From the NCBI GenBank assembly GCA_964016885.1, contig OZ024740.1:22568001-22632000 (forward strand): DNA of 64,000 nt, given 5' to 3'. Origin of the DNA: Eledone cirrhosa. Lineage: Eukaryota. Below the pieces are notes generated by a model, which worked only from the letters and a program-made list of their open reading frames with translations, was not told the DNA's origin and searched no databases. Shown in pieces: positions 54,515 through 64,000 of this stretch; positions within the stretch are counted from its first letter, which is position 1; every line of letters begins with the position of its first letter. A program made the position numbers and the translations under genes.

Positions 54515-56750
54515 AGTATATGTTGGTTGTTTACCGACACCTCAGTATGCACATTGGAACACTCGACGAAGTACGCAGGTTGGTTTGTTTACTCCGGAGT
54601 AATGTAAAATAATTAAGTCAAATATGTAAAATTTGGCTTCGTTTATTATAAATTATAGATATACAGCCATATATATTTCGGTTGTGATCTCTTCAGGCAG
54701 TGACCTCTTCAGGCAGTTCGAATTGGTGTCAAAAGCTAGGGCTCGCCATCTTAAGCGTCTGACGACATCTTCCGCTTTTTGCAGGTGAAGCTTTTGGTAA
54801 ACATGGTTGGAGGGAGTGGGAATGTTCTTCAGGGAGTAATCCAGTTCGTATAAATCCATACTGACGTTGATGAGACGCAAAGTTGTGTAGGACACGAGGA
54901 TATAGAGAGCCCTCTCGGGGTAGGAAGCCAAACTCGCACGTGGTGAAGAATCTTCTAAAAGCCAAACTTCTACGTAGTGAAGAGAATCTGCTGACCGTTG
55001 CTGGAAACATAAAATTACAGCCACCAATAACAGGCAAAATTACAGGCACCAATAACACCTTCAACCTGAAATCGAGAGCCTACCCTCCTAAGGTAACTGA
55101 ACTTGCTCCTTTCGAGGCGGACCTTCTTGACTTAGTCACTAACATTTCCTTTCGCAAACACCCTAACACCTTTCAAACTAAACTTAGAAATGATATTAAG
55201 AAATTTAGGTCTTCTAATAACACATTCGTTCTTTCTGACAAAACTAATAATATTTACGAAGTCGACAACACCACTTTCCGCCACCTGGCCCATAACGCTA
55301 TTACTTCCAAATATATGAAAGCTAACCCTATGGCCTACCACGACATTAATACAGAAGCCAAAGAACTTGCCGCCGCTCTTAAGGTAGATAAGAAGCTACA
55401 ATCTCTAGCTAAGTGGGAGGCGTTCCTCACCCTGAAAGATCACAAGGTAGACTTTACTTCTAACCCCACATGTAGACTAATAAACCCGGCACGCACAGAT
55501 ATGGGACTAGTCAGTAAAGCCATACTTAGAAACATAGTTAAGACCATTAGGACCAAGTCCAACCTGTCCCAGTGGGAGAACAGCGACTCCGTAATTAAGT
55601 GGTTTAACTCCTTCAAATCCAAAAAAGCGAAGTTCACACTAATTGACATTGTTGATTTTTACCCGTCGATCTCACAGACCCTGTTAAACAAAGCGTTGGA
55701 CTTCGCTACCACTTACACTACCGTCGATGGTTTAGACAGGGAAATCATCGCTCACTGCCGGAAAACCCTCCTCTTCAACGACGGAGTAGCTAACAGCGGC
55801 TTCTCGCAACCTATCACTTACTCTCTCACTATCAACAACAGCAATAAGAAAAGAAAGCGTAACAATAGACAAACTATCTGGTTCTCTCCTCTCTTCTCAC
55901 TCAACGTTAAAACCAATGTAGGCAAACAATTTCTAGCCCTCTTAGATAGACACTTTCCCATAGGTCATAAATACGGCTCCATCTTTAACCGACACAAAGT
56001 AAAACTAGGATACTCCTGCGCTAAGAACATGAAAACCCACATCACCAACTGCCCTAAGAGCAACACCCCTCCAGGGTGCTCTTGCCGTAAGCCCGAAGCT
56101 TGTCCCCTTCAATAGCAATGCAACACACCCGCTGTAGTTTATGAAGCTGTGGTCACTTCCAACCGACCAAATCAACTACAGGAGGTGAAATCCTATGTGG
56201 GTATGGCGGAGGGCCGATTTAAGGAACGCTTCCTGAACCACCAGTCGACCTTTAGGTACCCGGACAGACGTTCATCCACGAAACTCGCGAGCCACGTATG
56301 GTCCCTCAAGGCCTCAAGTATAGACTTGGAAAGCCATCACTAAGTCCAAGCCATACGCAAGGGGAAATCCGTCGTGTGGACTATGTACTGATGAACGAAT
56401 AAATATTCTAAAGTGATTATGCAATAGCGATTGCCTAAACACGAGAAATGAATTCTTCACACGTTGTCCACACGTCTCGAAACACCTCTAATGTAACTAC
56501 AAAGCTCTGGATTGAATTACAACAACATCCTAATTTTCTTATCAACTATAAAACTTTTCGGACTTTCGCAGTTATCTCCCTTACACCTCTCGCACGCATT
56601 TTAGTATTGCCTGTGTCAAGTGATCGTTTCTGCGCATGCGCGTTCGTACGGTTGTCCTTCATGTTTCGTATAACCATGTCCATTACGAGCTGGGATCCGC
56701 TAAGGTGAAACAATTGTTCTCGGTATGGTGAACTAAATGTTGTGTAACCA
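54515..56750 (+). mobile_element. Rearranged Naiad-like PLE: inverted N-terminus, RT core deleted, GIY-YIG with stops
   Basis: Minus 54720-54860 YSLKNIP..RRLRWRA; plus SDKTNNIY, TLKDHK, CRLINPA, DIVDFYPSI, IWFSP, CSCRKPEACP, YVGMAEGRFKERFLNH; no YRDD. Confidence 0.9.
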
Positions 56751-56774
56751 CTTCTATATATATATATATATATA

Positions 56775-57430
56775 TCAAATAAGAATATTTTCGAAACAGC
56801 GAGTGGATTTGAAATTATTAGAAATGTTAGCTACGCCGTATTTTGACTAAAGAAATTAAAGAAATTATTTAGCCTGATAGTGGGGTTAAGAACCCTCGGA
56901 GAAATGGAAAAAGATGAGTATTGACGTACATGGGGGTCGAACCCACATCTTTGGTTATCCGGACCACTGTGCTACCATTTACACCAACACATCACCCGTC
57001 TTTTTCAATTCAAATTAGAAGCTATAAACTTAGCGACTCTAATGTCAAGTAAGAATATTTTCGAAACATTTTCGAACATTTCTCCGAGGGTTCTTAACCC
57101 CACTATCAGGCTAAATAATTTCTTTAATTCCTTTAGTCAAAATACGGCGTAGCTAACATTTCTAATAATTTAAAATCCACTCGCTGTTTCGAAAATATTC
57201 TTACTTGACATTAGAGTCGCTAAGTTTATAGCTTCTAATTTGAATGGAAAAAGACGGGTGATGTGTTGGTGTAAATGGTAGCACAGTGGTCCGGATAACC
57301 AAAGATGTGGGTTCGACTCCCATGTACGTCAATACTCATCTTTTTCCATTTCTCCGAGGGTTCTTAACCCCACTATCAGGCTAAATAATTTCTTTAATTT
57401 CTTTAGTCAAAATACGGCGTAGCTAACATT
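56775..57430. repeat. ~270-bp unit in inverted plus partial-tandem arrangement, containing a tRNA-like cloverleaf
   Basis: Minus arm 56775-57068, plus arm 57075-57430; period 270. Confidence 0.88.
57260..57331 (+). tRNA. tRNA-like sequence or pseudo-tRNA (inverse copy at 56922-56993)
   Basis: GATGTGT/GTACGTC acceptor with G-U pairs; TGGTGTAAATGG A box; GTGGG-TTCGACT-CCCAT T arm; atypical loop CCGGATA. Confidence 0.55.
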
Positions 57431-57630
57431 TATATATATATATATATATATATATAACGAAGGAAATGTGGTAAGGAACCATATTGACCATAACGCACCA
57501 AAGTACTCAATACTTAGGGTAGTAGAGTGGGTAATAGGCACGAGTAGGACCCGACGCTGAGCTCAAGCCGTTTCGACGGCTAATTAGCCGTCGAAACGGC
57601 TTCAGCTCAGCCGTCGGGGTCCTACTCGTT

Positions 57631-57681
<51 letters not shown>

Positions 57682-57964
57682 TAACTCATGTCTATAGAAT
57701 CAATCAGATATTAAAATATATACTATTTCTTCTTCTAATCAGCATAATTAACCATATACATAATCAAATCTAGCAAGCTTTAAGAATAAATTTTCTAACG
57801 GGGAAATCTCCGACAAATAACTGACCGCAGCTAGTTCGCGTTAACTCCGTTCACCATTTATCAAACACTTTGGCAGCATGCAGAATCCGATCAAATACAC
57901 CGTCAACCGCACGTAATTAGTAGTAAAATTAAACTTAGAAGAAATGCGTACATACCGTAATTAC

Positions 57965-58042
57965 ATCTCTACCATGGTTTCTTCCTAGTTTAGGACATCC
58001 AAATAATATGGATATGCTTTGAGTCAGGAATCATCAGGAGAC
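57965..58042 (-). ncRNA. Type-I hammerhead between ~120-bp inverted arms (57678-57800 and 58135-58258)
   Basis: GUCUC-CUGAUGA-UUCCU...AGGAA-GAAACCAUGGUA|GAGAU. Confidence 0.82.
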
Positions 58043-58373
58043 AAACTCAGAAATAGACATTTAATTTCTCAGACAGACCGCGCCAAATTTAGATTCAAAA
58101 ATGGCTAAGGTCGCTATGTAGCTGTGTACCAGCCGTTAGAAAATTTATTCTTAAAGCTTGCTGGATTTGATTATGTATATGGTTAATTATGCTGATTAGA
58201 AGAAGAAATAGTATATATTTTAATATCTGATTGATTCTATAGACATGAGTTATGATATAATGCTCTGATTTTTTGATTTTAATTTATTAATTCTTCATTG
58301 AGCTTAAAAGTGAACAGTTGCAACACATATATGTATCCTTGATTTAATTAAATTTAATTTTATGTATGTGATA

Positions 58374-58453
<80 letters not shown>

Positions 58454-58628
58454 ATACTATTTATAATTATATATATATACTATAAACAACTATAAACAGG
58501 AAAGGTCAGTAATTTTGTACTACCTTATTATCAGTAAGAGAAATAGCTCAATGTAAGAACATTAGGTGTTTTACAGAGCAGGAAAATAAATTAGACAGTT
58601 ATCAAAGTTGTGTTCAAATCATTTAATA

Positions 58629-58673
58629 GCTGACAATCGTTTCTTCCAAACATTCGTTTGGAATCATCGGAGC
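58629..58673 (-). ncRNA. HHR motif with U4C core (CCGAUGA), related to 45394
   Basis: GCU-CCGAUGA-UUCCAAAC-GAAU-GUUUGGAA-GAAACGAUUGUC|AGC. Confidence 0.7.
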
Positions 58674-59064
58674 ATTATCAATGTTTGTACATATAATAGG
58701 TTAATTATATGTACAAACATTGATAATTGTTTAATTTATTAATTTATATATATATATATATATATATATACGTATCTGTGTGTATGTGTGTGTACGCATG
58801 CTTATATATATATATATATATATGTGTGCGTGCGTGCGTTTGATGTAATGGATCGTGATTAAATTTTGGACTATCTCACCATGATTTACACGTATGTATA
58901 TGTATATGTGTGTGTGTGTGTATGCATGGCTGTGTGTGTCTTTGTGTGTGTGTGTATGTGTGTGATGTGTGTGTATGTGTCGTGTGTATGTGGTGTGTGT
59001 GTGTGTCTGTGTGTGTCTTTGTGTGTGTCTGTGTCGTGTGTCTGCGTGTGTGTGTGTCTGTGTA

Positions 59065-59102
<38 letters not shown>

Positions 59103-61064
59103 TGTGTCTCTATTTGAGATAGAAATATGTGCAACTGTTTATTCTATATCATATTATTTATTCTATATTCTATATCATATGACTGACGTCATATGATATA
59201 GAATATAGAAAAAAAAGACCATAACTCTGTCAGAGAAGATTATTATAAAATAATTATGTCTGAAAGAAAAAAATCCTATCATATAATAAATATATAATAT
59301 GATATCATGTCTGAGGCAGGGAAATAAAATATATGCAATAGCTATAAAGTAATATGTCTAGTTAAAATCTGGAAGTTTCACTTAGTACTACATATGTTTT
59401 CATACGTGAGTGAGATACTATTAGAAACATATGAGACTAGAGTAAAATCACAATGGAAATATAAGAGAGAAATCTTCAGCAGCCACCCATAAAAAAAACT
59501 GAATGAGAAAATATTTATTTATAAATTAAATCCGACGGGAAAATATATAAAATAACCTACTATAAAATTACTTTCTGTTATTAAAATATGAAAAAATGAA
59601 ATAAAAAAAAGCAAATAACAAAAACAGGTGTTGTTCGGAAGATGTGTATTTCACAAATACTAGTGTCTCCGGCTTTTTATGTTTTGTGTTCGAATACTAC
59701 GTTTTCTAATAAAATGTAGTTTGACTGAAGCATTGTATATAATATATAATGTGGAAACTGATATAAGTGATATATGTAAGACGGCTAAACAATGCAAATT
59801 GGACGGTAAGATGAAGGTACTGAGAAAGTTAGTTACTTGGTAATCTCTGTTATTGTTTTTTGTTATTGTTTCTTTCGTCCCAATATTTCGGGTCTTAAAA
59901 TTCCCTTCTTCGGAGTATAAGGATCTCCCAGAGAAAATGTTCCGGTCTCTGCTCTTTGAAATTAGATTTATGTTTTATATTTTGTGTTCGACAAATATTA
60001 TTGTCTCCGGCTTTTTATGTTGTTTGAATATGGTGAAGGTCAACTTTATCTTTCGTCTTTTCTGAATCAAGGACAGAGATCGATTTAATTGACCTTCCTA
60101 TTTACCCAACTTGCAAGCCTCCTGCCTAAATTAGAAATAGATTTCACAATGTACTGTCTCCGTCAGGTACAAATGCCTAATACACGTATATCCCGACAGT
60201 GTCTCTATGATGCTTCAAAAGTTTAGAATCCATGACAAATAAATGTCGCATTCAACCACACTTTCTAAATGGCTGACTTAATGGTATCGGTAGAGCGTCA
60301 CACAAAATGTCATATATTTTGACAGGCTCCTTTATGTGCTGGATGATGCTTTACCATCAATAACTTAAATCTCTCACCCGATGATATGACGGCAGCATGT
60401 GATGCACTGATTGCAGAATCGGTAGAGTGTCACACAAACTACCATTTGGAATTCTGGTTACACCTTTTGCGTTTTATGTTCAAATTCTTCCCAGTAAAAT
60501 ATTGCATTCAATCTTATTTAGTTCGATATTAAAAAAATAAGAGCCAAGCGATAAAAAAATAAATACTAGACTAGAGGTCATTGGCTCTGACATAGAAGGG
60601 GGTGCTCCTGTATGGCGCAAAAACTGAAATCAGTAAAAGAATAAAAGGATGGTTAAAGTTACACACACGTACACATTTACAAACTACCAAATCATAGACG
60701 TCACACCGCCCGGTCTCTTATTTCCTATTCTCTTTTCTTACCTTTTCTACGCCTCAGTGTCCTTCTTTGTCTAAAGTTGGACAATAGTCCTTATTCTCTT
60801 CTGTTTTACTAGTTCTCTCCTTACTATATTTTTCTTCTTTATCTAAACCCTTGTACAACCTATATTTGTGTAATTTGCCTAAAGGTATAACTTGATTTTT
60901 GTTATGTCCCAATGTGCACTGGAATGAATGGTATCAACCCGAATGAACCGAAACCGTAGTAATTTCCAGAGGTTGACTGAGTAACTAAGGAGATATTACT
61001 GTCCGTCTTTCGTTGTTTTTTTTCTCCATTGTCTATGTCCTGTGCATTCCCTATTTTGATTTGA

Positions 61065-61221
<157 letters not shown>

Positions 61222-61239
61222 CACATATATATATATATA

Positions 61240-62502
61240 GAGGGACTCAAATTTATCTTGGAGAACAATTACTTCGTTTTCAATAACAAACCCTACAAGC
61301 AGAAATCTGGGACCGCTATGGGAACGAAAACAGCCCCCACTTATGCCAACCTAGTCATGGGATACCTGGAAATCACCCTCTACACTAAAGTCCTAAACAA
61401 ATTGGAAACACTCTCCACTTACACATAGAAAGGAACTGGAAGCGATATCTAGATGACTGCTTCATCCTTTGGCACGAAAACATCGAGAAACTTAATGAAT
61501 TTCACACCCTTATAAATGGGCTCAACACGAATATTAACTTCACGATGGAATACAGCCATCAACAACTCCCCTTCCTCAACATCCTCATTAAGATCCATAA
61601 CAAAAAAATAGAAACAGACATATACTACAAGCCCACAGACTCCAAGCAAATCTTCCTTTCAACTCTTGCCACCCTAGACACGTTAAAATTAATATTCCCT
61701 ACAACTTAGCCAAGAGAATCTGTACTATAGTCTCCAATAAAAACACCTACTACTTACGGTTACAAGAACTAAAGGACACACTCATAGGCAGGGACTACCC
61801 TGCATCACTAATTGACAATGGAATCCAACGTGTCCCAAAACTCAGTACCCAGGACCTTAGACACCCTAAAGTAAATCAACCGAAACTAAAAGCTCTTCCA
61901 TACATCTCCACACACAACCCCCTCAACAATGAGGCCTTTGATACCATCCTCCAGAACATCCCTGTGTTGAAAAAGGACCATAGAATGAACCAAATCCTAC
62001 GAACACACGATATCATAAAGAGCAAAAGACAATCTAAGTCAATGAAAAACATCCTAACACATGCCAAAGTACTGCCAACCACAACAACGAAACCCACAGT
62101 AAAAAATGCGATAGACCCAACTGTGGCATTTGCATCAACCTAATAGAGGGTTCGGAATTCTATTTCAAAGAAGGACAACGTTTTATAGTAAAACAAAATT
62201 TCACATGCGCATCAGAAAATCTAATATATGTATTAACTTGCTCAGGTTGTCGAGAACAATACATAGGCCAGACCAAAAACAGCCCCGCCAACGCATGACT
62301 CCATAGATCCCAAATTAAAATACGGGAATACAGGAAAATACCACTGAGTGAACACATTGATACCTGTGCCGCCCCAAATCATCCCAACTTCAGAATCTTT
62401 CCCCTCTACAAATTTAAAGATAATACCACCCACACCCAGCGCATCAGCAAGGAATATTACTTTATTAACAAATACGGACCCCGTCTAAACACTTCTCCCT
62501 AA
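61240..62502 (+). pseudogene. Neptune-like PLE RT C-half plus GIY-YIG, 5'-truncated and frameshifted
   Basis: GTAMGTKTAPTYANLVMG, RYLDDCF, LPFLN, YYKPTD, SCHPRH, CDRPNCGIC, LIYVLTCSGCREQYIGQT, PRLN then stop at 62500-62502. Confidence 0.9.
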
Positions 62503-63061
62503 GACGAACCCACAACATACACACGTCAACATACATACCTATATCAGCATACATCTCTACCCACATATAAACACAATGACATACGTAAACACACATGTTC
62601 TATGGTGCAACACAAATATACACAAATTTGCATACCTTTTGATGTCTATAGATATAAACGTGCCGACACACACACATACATAAACGCACACATGCATTGC
62701 ACACTGATGGGCACATACATATTTGTGCACAGGTATTCCAATACGGCAAGGCCTAATGAATTCCCCTTGCAGTACGTACAATCTGGACACACTCCAGATA
62801 CATATTTGTGCACAGGTATACAATTTCTGGACACACTCCAGATACATATTTGTGCACAGGTATTCCAATACGGCAAGGCCTAATGGATCCCCTTTGCAGT
62901 ACGTAAAATCTGGACACACTCACACACACCTTGGTATTATGCCAATACTATATATCATTTCACACCTTTTATTATTAAGGTTTTTGATGTTCTATTGAGA
63001 GAATCGATTTTACTGAAAATATCGAATAATGTACACCATTTTACCAGAAATAAATACTGGT

Positions 63062-63092
<31 letters not shown>

Positions 63093-63289
63093 TATTCTCT
63101 CTCACACACACACATATATACACACACACATACACACGCGTACATTAACATACAAAGAGACACACACACACACACACACTTCTCCGTATAAGACAAGAGC
63201 TGAAAAAATATCTTTTAACATGTTAAAATATCCCCCACACACTTACAGACACATTCCTACTGACCATCCCTCTACCACGAATTACTCTG

Positions 63290-63417
<128 letters not shown>

Positions 63418-64000
63418 TTGTCTTAATAGGCATTTGAACTGTCAACAGGCTGCGGTTTGCACACACATCCCTGCTGACCATTATCACAACAACGAACCTC
63501 TTTACTACTACTACACACACACACACACCCACGTATTTGTTGTGAAAGACTTATTTCTCAGTCAGCCGACACAAACCTACATTTGGCGCAAAATCAATTT
63601 TTTACATTCACATGACCTCTACCGACCAATCAAAATATTTTTGACCACAAGAATCTTTGCAACACGAATTGGCGCAAAACTTATTTTAATACCGCTGGAG
63701 CCATTTTTTTAACATAAAAACAGGTAGAATTCCCAAAACTAATCAGATCAGAGTAAACATCACGGACGCTCTATCTCAAAATTATTTTTGAAAAGCATTA
63801 GAAATGCGCAACCGGTAAAACTTAAAACCAAAACTGAATACTAACCAATACTATTACTAATTCTCACTTATTCCTAATTAAACTATTTTTCACTGTGAAC
63901 TATTTGTCAGCATTTTCTATTCCGTTTACCAATATATATATATATATTATGGAATACTGTTGGCTTCTTGCTACAGTATTTTCTATACCTTTCATTTATA

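Noticed and set aside
56113-56420. Selenocysteine recoding, as reported for some Naiad PLEs
   Set aside because: Stops are TAG and TAA, plus one TGA that is not at a conserved Cys position; no SECIS recognised

Overview
AT-rich, extremely repeat-dense eukaryotic DNA with no supportable host protein-coding gene. The tRNA-derived SINEs and (TA)n load resemble Octopus/cephalopod genomes, but that assignment is inference. The window holds one near-intact Tx1/L1-clade LINE with a single nonsense codon, sitting in a 72-bp array. It also holds decayed R4/Dong- and RTE-type LINEs, at least eight Penelope-like element (PLE) coding fragments of about three types, SINEs, a TTAA MITE, a solo LTR, Helitron-like pieces and long microsatellites. 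The main hidden signal is about 40 type-I hammerhead ribozyme (HHR) motifs from more than 15 families, read by eye. They lie in PLE tails and in non-coding ~310-600-nt units arranged as tandem and inverted (palindromic) arrays between (TA)n tracts. The best case is a 311-bp retrozyme-like palindromic array with 8 HHRs (51097-53455). A distant 318-bp relative shows compensatory stem changes and a U3:A8 core. All folding and alignments were done by eye; ribozyme activity and expression are untested.
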